A stretch of 64,000 nucleotides of DNA from Dehalococcoidia bacterium (GTDB lineage Bacteria; Chloroflexota; Dehalococcoidia; Lucifugimonadales; UBA3495): contig DAOUHE010000290.1 of assembly GCA_034428715.1 (NCBI GenBank), positions 988 through 64,987 of the forward strand, read 5' to 3'. Positions within the stretch are counted from its first letter, which is position 1. Each line of letters begins with the position of its first letter. The notes under the pieces were generated by a model. The model was not told the DNA's origin, made no database searches, and worked only from the letters and a program-made list of their open reading frames with translations. This document shows positions 45,969-54,693 of the stretch, piece after piece. The position numbers were made by a program, and so were the translations under genes.

Positions 45969-46160
45969 GACGTCAAACTCCTTTGAATCCCAATACAGAT
46001 GGATCAAAAAGGCCAGTCCAATTATAGCATCGCCCAAGGCGGCTAAGGCCTCGCGAACGGGACAAGACAACCCTTGTGGCCAGGCCAGTTCGTTGACATG
46101 GTTCGAGGCTTGGTGATATGTTTCACATAGTCCCCAAGCACGAGAAACAGAGGAACACCC

Positions 46161-46961
46161 ATGCCCCTCAAGATTGCCGTCCTTGCCAAGCAGGTCATCG
46201 ATCCCGAAATGCCCATGGCGGCATTTCGCATCGACTCAGAGGCCAAAAAGGTAGATACCCCGGCCACCATTCCCCCGGTGGTAAACGGTTTTGATGAGAA
46301 CGCGGTGGAAGCCGCCATGCAGATAAAAGATTCGCAAGAAGCCACGGTGACTGTGATATCGAGTGGCACCGCGTTTGCCCTGGACGTGATGAAAAAACCC
46401 CTGTCCATGGGCGCCGACGAGTTGGTTTTGCTGCAGGATGAAGCCTTTGCGAACACCATAGACAGTTTCGTCACGGCCCAATTGCTGGCCGCGGCCATTC
46501 GCAAGCTTGATGGCTTCGACCTGGTGATCTGCGGACGGCAGGCGTCAGACTGGGACAACGCGCAGGTCCCGCTGGGCGTGGCTGAGATCCTAGACTTTTC
46601 ATGTATCACCCTGGGCAAAAAGGTAGAGGTCAAAGAGGGAAAGGTGGTGGTGGAGCGAATCACCCCCGACGGCTATGAGGTGGTGGAAGCGCCGCTGCCT
46701 GCCCTGGTCACCGTCAGCAACGAACTTGGGCAACCCCGGTACCCGACGTTGCGGGGGATCATGGCGGCAACCCGAAAACTTCCAACCATATGGACAGCAT
46801 CGGACCTGGACATCGACGCCGGCCAACTTCAGCCCAGAATGAACCTGTTGAACCTGTTTGTGCCCGAGAGCAGCCAGCAGTGCGAGATCATTGAAGGCGA
46901 GGACGCCGTGGACGCGGGCCGCCAACTGGCCCTGAAGCTGCGGGAAGCCAAGCTTATTTAA
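46161..46961 (+). CDS. etfB: Electron transfer flavoprotein beta subunit
   Basis: MPLKIAVLAKQVIDPE ... DLVICGRQASDWD. Confidence 0.9.
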   Translation: MPLKIAVLAKQVIDPEMPMAAFRIDSEAKKVDTPATIPPVVNGFDENAVEAAMQIKDSQEATVTVISSGTAFALDVMKKPLSMGADELVLLQDEAFANTIDSFVTAQLLAAAIRKLDGFDLVICGRQASDWDNAQVPLGVAEILDFSCITLGKKVEVKEGKVVVERITPDGYEVVEAPLPALVTVSNELGQPRYPTLRGIMAATRKLPTIWTASDLDIDAGQLQPRMNLLNLFVPESSQQCEIIEGEDAVDAGRQLALKLREAKLI

Positions 46962-47048
46962 CCAGCCCAATCAGTCCTCAGGGGCTCTCCCCATGCCTGA
47001 TCCAAGATTTAACACTGGGTTGCTTTAAAGAACCCACCGGAGGCCAAC

Positions 47049-48047
47049 ATGGCAGATGAATCGGGAGTCTTAGTCCTAGGAGACCTGACCGCAGGCGCTC
47101 TTAGCCTTACATCATTGGAATTGCTGGCTGCCGGCCGCGGGTTGGCTGATAGCTTGGGTCAGGAATTGGCCATCGGCGTATTCGGCGCTACCCTCGACCA
47201 GCCTTCGGCTCAAGCGATTAGCCACGGGGCCGACAAGGTCTATGCCGTGACCCATCCCCTGCTGGGGGAATACCAGGTGGACCTGCACCTGACCGCGATG
47301 GAAGCCCTGATCAAAGAAGCAAACCCGTCCATCGTGCTCATCGGGCGCACCAATCAGGGCCGTGAATTGGCTCCCCGGCTTGCCTTCCGCCTGGGAGTGG
47401 GCCTGGCCCAGGACTGCCTGGAGGTTTCGATAGATGCCTCTTCGGGCAAGCTTTTGGCCAACCGGCCGGTGTACGGCGGCAACGCGGTGGCCGTGGTGAG
47501 TTTCAATTACAGCCCCCAAGTAGCCGCCATAAGGCCCAAGGCCTACGAACCTCTGGAGGCGGACACGTCCCGCCAGGGCCAGGTGGTTTCCTTTCCAGTG
47601 GAAATCGACGCTTCCCAGGCCCGGTGTCAGGTGGTGGAGAGCGTAGAGGAAGAGGCCGAGGGCATCAAGCTGGAAGACGCCAGGGTGGTGGTTTCAGGAG
47701 GACGCGGCCTGGGCGGTCCCGAGCCGTTCTCGGTCTTGGAAGACCTGGCCAAGCTATTGGGCGGCGCCGTGGGCGCTTCCCGGGCGGCGGTGGACTCGGG
47801 CTGGGTCCCATCCACCTATCAGGTCGGGCTCACCGGAAAGACCATCACTCCGGAGCTATACATCACGGTAGCTATATCCGGGGCCAGCCAGCACATGGCG
47901 GGATGCTCGGGAGCCAAGGTGATCGTGGCGATCAACAAAGACGCCGAAGCGAACATCTTCAAAGAGGCGCGTTACGCCGTGGTTGGCGACTGGGAGCAGG
48001 TGGTGCCTGCCTTCGCCGAGGCGGTTAGAGAATTGGTCCAGGAGTAG
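47049..48047 (+). CDS. etfA: Electron transfer flavoprotein alpha subunit
   Basis: VVSGGRGLGGPE ... GASRAAVDSGW ... QVGLTGKTITPELYITVAISGASQH. Confidence 0.9.
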   Translation: MADESGVLVLGDLTAGALSLTSLELLAAGRGLADSLGQELAIGVFGATLDQPSAQAISHGADKVYAVTHPLLGEYQVDLHLTAMEALIKEANPSIVLIGRTNQGRELAPRLAFRLGVGLAQDCLEVSIDASSGKLLANRPVYGGNAVAVVSFNYSPQVAAIRPKAYEPLEADTSRQGQVVSFPVEIDASQARCQVVESVEEEAEGIKLEDARVVVSGGRGLGGPEPFSVLEDLAKLLGGAVGASRAAVDSGWVPSTYQVGLTGKTITPELYITVAISGASQHMAGCSGAKVIVAINKDAEANIFKEARYAVVGDWEQVVPAFAEAVRELVQE

Positions 48048-48190
48048 GCGTCTTATTCCCAGCCCGATAGCTGAAATTACCGGTTTCCTGCCACGCTCGC
48101 TTGAACTAGATTTCCACGAGCATCATTCACTACTAAAGGCGGTGGATAGCTAATATCTTCGTAGCCAGAGACGGTAGGTTCGACTAGACA

Positions 48191-48901
48191 ATGCAGAGCC
48201 GGTCTAAGGTTTTGCTGGCTATTGGTTTGATCACCGGAGTTATTGTGGCGCTAGCCGGCGCCAGCATAGTTGGGTATGACCAGTGGTCCAAGTCGGACCT
48301 ATCGGGACGTTTCATCTCCAGCGACAATGCCCTGGTCGTCGCGGACCTGGTTCAAGTGGGTTCCATCAACCCCGGACAAATCATCGCGATGAACGTGGAC
48401 GTAGGTGATTCGGTCACGGATGGCCAAGTCATTGCAGCCGTGTACATGCCGGCTTTGATCGCCAGGTCGGGCATAACGGAGGCGGCTAAAATGGGCTTCC
48501 GAGACGTATGGGACCAACGTGCGGAGGTGGTAGCCCCCAGGTCAGGTGTGATTGCCGCCGTCTGGGCAAAGGAAGGCGACACCGTGGCTGCCGGTCAACC
48601 CATCGTCACTGTGATGGACCCCAGGAAGGTATGGATCGTAGCTGACATCGACGAGGAGAAGATCGGGCGAGTGCGGCCCGGCCAGCCGGTCGGCGTAGAA
48701 TTAAAGTCCCTTGGCCGAACCCTGGCGGGGCGAGTTGACACGGTGTCGCCCGTAACGTCCGCCATGCTACTGCCGGACTCGAGTTCATCCCGCAACTTAC
48801 GCCGTTCGCCCCAGGTTATCCAAATCAAGATCACACTTGACGAAACGCATCCATCGTTGATTCCCGGGTCTACCGCGAGAGTCAAGATTCAGGTTCGCTA
48901 A
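48191..48901 (+). CDS. HlyD/EmrA-family periplasmic adaptor (short form)
   Basis: An N-terminal TM and biotinyl/lipoyl-like segments (VDVGDSVTDGQVIA, AKEGDTVAAGQPIVTV) are present. It abuts the MFS gene. Confidence 0.75.
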   Translation: MQSRSKVLLAIGLITGVIVALAGASIVGYDQWSKSDLSGRFISSDNALVVADLVQVGSINPGQIIAMNVDVGDSVTDGQVIAAVYMPALIARSGITEAAKMGFRDVWDQRAEVVAPRSGVIAAVWAKEGDTVAAGQPIVTVMDPRKVWIVADIDEEKIGRVRPGQPVGVELKSLGRTLAGRVDTVSPVTSAMLLPDSSSSRNLRRSPQVIQIKITLDETHPSLIPGSTARVKIQVR

Positions 48902-50488
48902 ATGACCCAAACGGGGCTGCTGATCATCGCTGCCGGCTTGATTCTTATATCTGTCGTTGCCATCCCCGCGGTCAGCCACTACATACGGAACTATCGGAGT
49001 TCCGTTTTAAAGATAACCCAGAGCGCCAACTACAAGTGGTGGGTGTTTTCTACGGTCGCGACGGGCACATTCATGTCGGTGGTGGGCCACGGCAGCATCC
49101 TGATCGCTTTACCCACCATCGCCAGGCACTTCGATGCCGGCTTGACCACGGTGTTGTGGATTGCCATCAGCGAGACCCTTGCTGTCTCCTCATTACTTTT
49201 ACCTATGGGCCGGGTATCGGACATTCTGGGCCGGAAGCAGGTGTACATCACTGGATACACTGTGTTCATTCTTGCTTCCGCCATGGCGGGTTTTTCCACA
49301 AGCTTGACCATGCTGCTGACTGCCCGGGTGATCCAGGGCATCGGTTCAGCCATGGTTCAAGCAAACGGTCAGGCCATGGTTCTCTCGGTGTTTCCGGCGG
49401 CCGAGAGAGGGAAAGCTCTTGGGACCCAGTTCAGCGTGTTGGGCGTGGGGTCGATGAGCGGCATGGTATTGGGTGGTTTACTGGTGAGCACTCTGGGTTG
49501 GCGCTTCGTCTTTCTCATCAACCTCCCGGTGGGTATCATCGCCGTCTTCGCCGCTACGATCATCTTGGACAAAAGCCGGTTTCTCCAGGATACCCAGGGA
49601 GGCCGGCGCCCATCGTTCGACTGGCTCGGTTCGTTACTGAGCGCCGGTGCGCTGTTGACGGTCCTTTTAGCCATGACCTTTGGCAATCGGATCGGTTGGG
49701 GGTCAACTCCGGTCGTGGCGGGCCTGGCCGCTTTTATGATCCTCCTGGCCGGCTTCATCTGGTGGGAGTTGCGCACGCCGGCGCCGATGTTGGACCTACG
49801 CCTATTCCGGCAAAAGCTGCTGGCCATGGGGATCGCGGCCGGCTGGCTATCCTTCCTGGGTAGCTCCGGAGTAAGGTTTCTGATGGCCATCTACTTGCAG
49901 AGCGTGCTGGGGTATAGCCCCCGTGACGCCGGCTTGATCACGCTTCCAATGGCTATCGCCATGACCTTCGTGGGCCCTTTTGCCGGGCGCCTCTCGGACC
50001 GGTTCGGTTGGCAAAAATTCAACGTTGGTGGTTCGGCCGTAGCTGCCCTTGCCCTGTTTCTCCTCGCGTTCAGCCTCACCGATTCATCCCCCGTAAAACT
50101 GATAATCCCGCTTTTGGTTCTTCAGAGTGTGGGTACCGGGCTATTCGGTTCGCCCAACAACAGCTCCATTCTCAGCACTGTGGAGAGGTCCAGATATGGG
50201 ATCGTATCGGCGCTGACCTCGCTGACCCGGAACTCGGCCAATGTCACCAGCAACGCCTTTGCGACGGCCATCGTAGTTTCAACGATGGCCTCTCTGGGCG
50301 CTGAGGCTAGCTTGGGGGCGGTATCCGGCGACCCGCAAGCATTTGTTTCGGGTCTAAACCGGGCATTCATGGCCGCGGGATTGGCGGTGGTGGTGGCGAT
50401 GGTCATATCCGTCCTGAAAGGCGACCGGGCTAAGGAATCACCAGATCCGGCCACCCAACCGGCGGCAAGAGCAACGCATTCAGGCTGA
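48902..50488 (+). CDS. MFS transporter (DHA2 / EmrB-like, 14-TMS type)
   Basis: 528 aa. MGRVSDILGRKQVY is MFS motif A. The start follows the adaptor stop directly. Confidence 0.85.
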   Translation: MTQTGLLIIAAGLILISVVAIPAVSHYIRNYRSSVLKITQSANYKWWVFSTVATGTFMSVVGHGSILIALPTIARHFDAGLTTVLWIAISETLAVSSLLLPMGRVSDILGRKQVYITGYTVFILASAMAGFSTSLTMLLTARVIQGIGSAMVQANGQAMVLSVFPAAERGKALGTQFSVLGVGSMSGMVLGGLLVSTLGWRFVFLINLPVGIIAVFAATIILDKSRFLQDTQGGRRPSFDWLGSLLSAGALLTVLLAMTFGNRIGWGSTPVVAGLAAFMILLAGFIWWELRTPAPMLDLRLFRQKLLAMGIAAGWLSFLGSSGVRFLMAIYLQSVLGYSPRDAGLITLPMAIAMTFVGPFAGRLSDRFGWQKFNVGGSAVAALALFLLAFSLTDSSPVKLIIPLLVLQSVGTGLFGSPNNSSILSTVERSRYGIVSALTSLTRNSANVTSNAFATAIVVSTMASLGAEASLGAVSGDPQAFVSGLNRAFMAAGLAVVVAMVISVLKGDRAKESPDPATQPAARATHSG

Positions 50489-50722
50489 GTCAGCCAACAC
50501 TCGATGAAGCCAGAAACCTAATGTTGCGCCTCCGGAATCACCGTTGCACACATCCTCCGGCTCCTGGGCCCAGCGCGCGTAATCTCCGTGTTTCGCTGGG
50601 CACATGGTTGAACTATTCATCACCGTATATCCATCAACTCGTGCTCATCATCAACCGGCCCAACTATCGCATTGTGTCGATGGACCGGCAGTAACGGGCA
50701 GAGCATGGGCAGAGGGCATCCC

Positions 50723-51559
50723 CTATTCCAGAATCACGTTGTCGATAAGCCTGGTGCGGCCCATCCTCACCGCCACCGACACCATGGCCCGGACCTGGAC
50801 CAGATCTAATTCTTCCAAACTCTCCGCGTCGGCCACGCTGGCGTAATCGATGCTATCCACCAAGGGTTCCGCTTCCAACACCGCCTTTATTTCCCTGCGG
50901 AGCCTCTCCCCATCGCTGACGCCGTTGTTCCAAAGTTCTTCGGCCCGGCGAAGCGCCCGGTACACCACCGGCGCCGCCTCACGCTGGCTTGGCGTTAGGT
51001 AGGCGTTGCGGCTGCTTTGCGCCAGCCCGTCGGGGTCGCGCACCGTGGGCACCGCCACGATCTCCAATCCCAGGTTCAGGTCCAGCGTCAAACGGCGAAT
51101 CACCGCCAGTTGCTGGCCGTCCTTTTGGCCAAAATAAGCCCGTTCGGAGCGCGTCAGACCAAACAGTTTGGTAACCACCGTGGCCACACCGCGGAAGTGG
51201 CCGGGCCGGTGGGCGCCTTCCAGCCGGTCTCCCAGGACGCCAACATCCACCCAGGTGTCAAAGCCCGGCGGGTAGATCTCCTCCACCACCGGGGCAAACA
51301 CCAGGTCCACTCCATGTTGATGAAACAATTCCAGGTCCCTTTCCCGGTCTCTGGGGTATGCCGCCAGGTCTTCCTGGGGTCCGAATTGGGTTGGATTCAC
51401 GAATATGGTGGCCACCACGGTCTGGTTCTCCAGCCGGGCCCTTTTGACCAATGCCATATGGCCGTCGTGAAGGGCCCCCATGGTAGGCACCAGACCCAAG
51501 GGGCGGGAAGAGCCGGCACATGCCTCGGATATTTCCCGGGCCGTCTCTATAACCAGCAT
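50723..51559 (-). CDS. panC: Pantoate--beta-alanine ligase
   Basis: GLVPTMGALHDGHMALV ... VATIFVNPTQF. Confidence 0.95.
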   Translation of the reverse strand: MLVIETAREISEACAGSSRPLGLVPTMGALHDGHMALVKRARLENQTVVATIFVNPTQFGPQEDLAAYPRDRERDLELFHQHGVDLVFAPVVEEIYPPGFDTWVDVGVLGDRLEGAHRPGHFRGVATVVTKLFGLTRSERAYFGQKDGQQLAVIRRLTLDLNLGLEIVAVPTVRDPDGLAQSSRNAYLTPSQREAAPVVYRALRRAEELWNNGVSDGERLRREIKAVLEAEPLVDSIDYASVADAESLEELDLVQVRAMVSVAVRMGRTRLIDNVILE

Positions 51560-51607
51560 AGTCTAAACATCAAGCGGATCGGCGTAAATTCCGGCTACCG
51601 GGCTCCG

Positions 51608-52447
51608 CTAAGAACCGGCCGCCATGCCTTCCAACAGGGCCTCGTCCATTTTGAAACTCTCTTTGGCCGAGGGGAAGGAGCCTTCCCGCACCTCATCGGC
51701 GTAACGAGATAGGGCGTCTGACATCACTTCGGCCAGATGGGCGTATTGCCTGGCGTGTTTGGGGACGAAGTCGGTGAATAACCCAAGCATGTCGTGAATC
51801 ACCTGGACCTGTCCGTCGCAACCCGCTCCTGCCCCGATGCCGATGGTGGGAATGGTCAATCTGTTGGATATGACACAGGCTAGTGGAGCGGGAACCATCT
51901 CCAATACCACGGCGAAAGCCCCTGCCTGTTCCAGAGCCAGGGCATCTTTCAATAGCTGCTCCGCCTCCTCACGTCCCCGGCCTTGTACCCGGTATCCGCC
52001 CAATCCGTTGACCGATTGGGGAGTGAGGCCGATGTGTCCCATCACCGGGATACCGCATTCCACGATGCGCCGTGTGGTCTCGGCCATTCGCTCACCGCCC
52101 TCCAGCTTAACCGAGGAAGCGCCTCCTTCCTGGATCAGCCGGCCGGCGTTGGCCATCGCCTGGCTTGGGTCCATGTGGTAGGTCATAAAAGGCAGGTCGG
52201 CGATAACCATGGAGCTTTTCGCCCCGCGGGTCACTGCCTTGACGTGATGCAGCATATCTTCCATGGTCACCGATACCGTGGATTCGTAACCCAAAACCAC
52301 CATGCCCAGGCTATCCCCCACCAGCAACAGGGGGATGCCAACCTGGTCAACCACCTTGGCGGTGGTGTAATCATAAGCTGTGATCATGGGTATCTTTTCA
52401 CCCCTGGCTTTCATCTCCGCCACGTCCCGGACCGTTACTTTACGCAT
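51608..52447 (-). CDS. panB: 3-methyl-2-oxobutanoate hydroxymethyltransferase
   Basis: KIPMITAYDY ... LLVGDSLGMVVLGY ... KLEGG. Confidence 0.95.
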   Translation of the reverse strand: MRKVTVRDVAEMKARGEKIPMITAYDYTTAKVVDQVGIPLLLVGDSLGMVVLGYESTVSVTMEDMLHHVKAVTRGAKSSMVIADLPFMTYHMDPSQAMANAGRLIQEGGASSVKLEGGERMAETTRRIVECGIPVMGHIGLTPQSVNGLGGYRVQGRGREEAEQLLKDALALEQAGAFAVVLEMVPAPLACVISNRLTIPTIGIGAGAGCDGQVQVIHDMLGLFTDFVPKHARQYAHLAEVMSDALSRYADEVREGSFPSAKESFKMDEALLEGMAAGS

Positions 52448-52517
52448 CGTTTCGGCCTCCCCATGATGGTCTTTGATGGCTTACCTGTAGTCGCTTTCGT
52501 CCAACCGAATCTGGATA

Positions 52518-53435
52518 TCAATCCATACCGGTCTGGCGGAAGCATTCCAAAAGATCGTTGATTTCCGTGAGCTGCTGTTCACCCAGCCCCCGGGCTCTGG
52601 CAATGGGCAAAGATTCCCTACTTAGCGCCGTATACGCCGGGATCAATTCGTTGAAGCCGCCGCTCAGGGCTTCCAGGTGCGATTTTATTGTGGCGGCGTC
52701 TCCCCTGATGGCGGGTCCGGTGGCGCTAGCAACCAGGCCGTGTTCAGCTACGTTTTCGAGCGTGGACCGGCAAAGCGGATACAAGGCCCGGACCGCTTCC
52801 TCTTGGGTGAATCCCATCCCTTCCCATAAACGGACCGCGCCATTCAAGAGGGCTGCCAGATGCCCGCAGGCCATGACACTGGCGGCGTGGTAAAGCGGAC
52901 GTTGACCATCGGGAATGGTGATCGGATTGCCTCCCAGCGCCACGGCCAGGCCACGCAGGTAGCCAGGCACCCATTCATTGCCCGCCACTGCGAAGGTGAC
53001 ACCCCGTAGTCTGTCCACAGCCTCCGCGGGATCATTCAATCCGGCAAAGGTTTGGCAGGGATGGAACGCGCCGGTAGCCGCCCCCTGGCTGGCCGCCGGC
53101 TCCAACAATTCCTCCGAAGCAGCGCCGCAACAATGGACCACTCCTTGGCCGGGCCGCCAGATAATCTCGGAAACCAGCTGGCTGATCACCCCGTCGGGGG
53201 TGGTCACGAACACCAGGTCTACCTGATCGCACAGATCTTGGGCCTGGCTGAACACGCAGCACCCTTCTACTCGATCCGCTGTCCATTGGGCGGATGCCGG
53301 CGTGCGGCTATAGACTCCCGCAACCGGGTACCCGATCTGGGAAAGCGCGATGCTCAGCCCTTTTCCCAGGACTCCCAAGCCTATAAAACCGACGGTTGGA
53401 TTCGATTGGTTTGGAATGTTCATGGGCGAACTCAC
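52518..53435 (-). CDS. Rossmann-fold / DUF2520 protein (candidate ketopantoate reductase, PanG-like)
   Basis: VGFIGLGVLGKGLS Rossmann motif and a C-terminal TGPAIRGD. The GTG start overlaps the upstream stop (GTGA). It sits directly upstream of panB-panC. Confidence 0.6.
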   Translation of the reverse strand: MSSPMNIPNQSNPTVGFIGLGVLGKGLSIALSQIGYPVAGVYSRTPASAQWTADRVEGCCVFSQAQDLCDQVDLVFVTTPDGVISQLVSEIIWRPGQGVVHCCGAASEELLEPAASQGAATGAFHPCQTFAGLNDPAEAVDRLRGVTFAVAGNEWVPGYLRGLAVALGGNPITIPDGQRPLYHAASVMACGHLAALLNGAVRLWEGMGFTQEEAVRALYPLCRSTLENVAEHGLVASATGPAIRGDAATIKSHLEALSGGFNELIPAYTALSRESLPIARARGLGEQQLTEINDLLECFRQTGMD

Positions 53436-54457
53436 GAAGCAAGTTCTCGACCGGAAAGTTCTCGACCCGAAAGCTCTCGACCCGAAAGCTCTCGAATCGA
53501 AGGCAGGCCACCCAGGCCGGCCGCGGTTTCAACGGCCCTCAAAATCGCCAAGGCGGTCACCTCGACGGCGGCCGCGCCCAGCACGGTCAGGTCTACGGGC
53601 ATCCCTTCATTTTTGAGATGTCCCGTAGCCATGGCGAACATGGTATCGCCGTCTCTGATGGTATGGCAGGGCCGAACGGTCAAAGCCAATCCGTCATGGC
53701 TTACTCTGGCCATGTAGTTAGCTTCTTCTTTTGTCAGTTTGGCGTCGGTGGCGACGATCCCGATAGTGGTATTTGCCAGTTCCGCGCTTTCCGGATCTGG
53801 GTCTTGTTCCAGCAACAATGCCACCGGGTCATCGAACCCTACGCCGTCATCTCTTCTTGGTCCGGCCAACAGGCGGCCGGTCCGATGATCGGTAATCCCG
53901 CCGTAGGCGTTGACCGCCACCACGGCGGATACGGTGGAGCCGTTGGGCAGTTTTAGGCTAGCCGATCCAATGCCCGATTTTATCGCCCGCTCCCGTCCGC
54001 CGGTTTTGGCAACCGTTGCGCCGGTTCCCGCGCCCACGCTCCCTTCCAGCATGGGGTCAGCAACCGCGGCAAGACAGGCCCGGTAACCTTCCTCGGCGCC
54101 GGGTCGAACCTTATGGTTTATCAAACCCAGGTCAAACAAGATCGCGCCGGACACTATGGGGACCACCGCGGGTCCCACTTCCAATCCGATCCCCTGCTCC
54201 TCAAGATAGCGGACCACACCGCCGGCCGCGTCCAAGCCGAACGCGCTGCCGCCGCTCAGCAGGATCGCATGGACCCGTTCCACTCGGTGAACGGGCCGCA
54301 GCAGGTCAGTTTCGCGGGTGCCAGGAGAACCGCCACGTACGTCTACGCCGCCCACGGCGCCTTCGCGGCAGAGTACAACCGTGCAGCCGGTGGCGTTTGC
54401 CAGATCGGTGTAATGGCCTGCCTGCAACCCTGTCACCGCGGTGATGGTGGGATTCAA
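53432..54457 (-). CDS. P1 (formerly S58) DmpA/BapA-family aminopeptidase with a C-terminal (ELSGR)x4 tail
   Basis: ITAVTGLQAGHYTD, GGSPGTRETDLL, and NTTIGIVATDAKL. The start is uncertain. The TTG at 54457 follows GGAG, whereas the GTG at 54505 lies inside a strong hairpin. Confidence 0.75.
   Translation of the reverse strand: MNPTITAVTGLQAGHYTDLANATGCTVVLCREGAVGGVDVRGGSPGTRETDLLRPVHRVERVHAILLSGGSAFGLDAAGGVVRYLEEQGIGLEVGPAVVPIVSGAILFDLGLINHKVRPGAEEGYRACLAAVADPMLEGSVGAGTGATVAKTGGRERAIKSGIGSASLKLPNGSTVSAVVAVNAYGGITDHRTGRLLAGPRRDDGVGFDDPVALLLEQDPDPESAELANTTIGIVATDAKLTKEEANYMARVSHDGLALTVRPCHTIRDGDTMFAMATGHLKNEGMPVDLTVLGAAAVEVTALAILRAVETAAGLGGLPSIRELSGRELSGRELSGRELAS
53441..53500 (-). repeat. 4 x 15-bp in-frame tandem repeat (pentapeptide RELSG) at the 3' end of the peptidase gene
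   Basis: Plus-strand units aagttctcgaccgga / aagttctcgacccga / aagctctcgacccga / aagctctcgaatcga. Confidence 0.9.
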
Positions 54458-54485
54458 GACATCTCCAGCAGCGGGGAATGCAACA

Positions 54486-54520
54486 TTAAAAAAGTAAAGC
54501 CCCACCGTCCCGGCGGGGCT
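54486..54520 (-). terminator. Intrinsic-terminator-like hairpin + U6 in the leader of the peptidase/pan operon
   Basis: The minus strand reads AGCCCCGCCG-GGA-CGGUGGGGCU, a 10-bp stem including one G-U pair, followed by UUACUUUUUU. Confidence 0.6.
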
Positions 54521-54642
54521 TCAACGTGAAAACCACTCTGTTTTGGGGCCGTCTCGGTCAACATGGATCCCAGCGGCCATTCCGAATGAGTTGGAATGTT
54601 AAATTGTCCGGCTCGCCTCCCTTTTGGGTAGACGGCACTTAT
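54521..54642 (-). promoter_or_regulatory. Candidate structured 5' leader of the peptidase-DUF2520-panB-panC operon
   Basis: It lies between a promoter-like element and the terminator-like hairpin. On the minus strand GCCGUCU pairs with AGACGGC, and the adjacent CGGACAA pairs with UUGACCG around an A-A mismatch. Confidence 0.35.
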
Positions 54643-54671
54643 ATTTTAAACGGGCCGGTTCGCGGATTCAA
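54643..54671 (-). promoter_or_regulatory. Sigma-70-like promoter candidate
   Basis: On the minus strand, TTGAAT (54671..54666), a 17-nt spacer, then TAAAAT (54648..54643). Confidence 0.35.
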
Positions 54672-54693
54672 CCCTAGCCGGCCTTGAAATCGA

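Noticed and set aside
54653-54683. GGCCGG...CCGGCC hairpin just after the deiodinase-like gene as its terminator
   Set aside because: The stem has only 6 bp, the loop is 19 nt, and only three U residues follow. It also overlaps the predicted -35 box. The evidence is too weak for a feature call.
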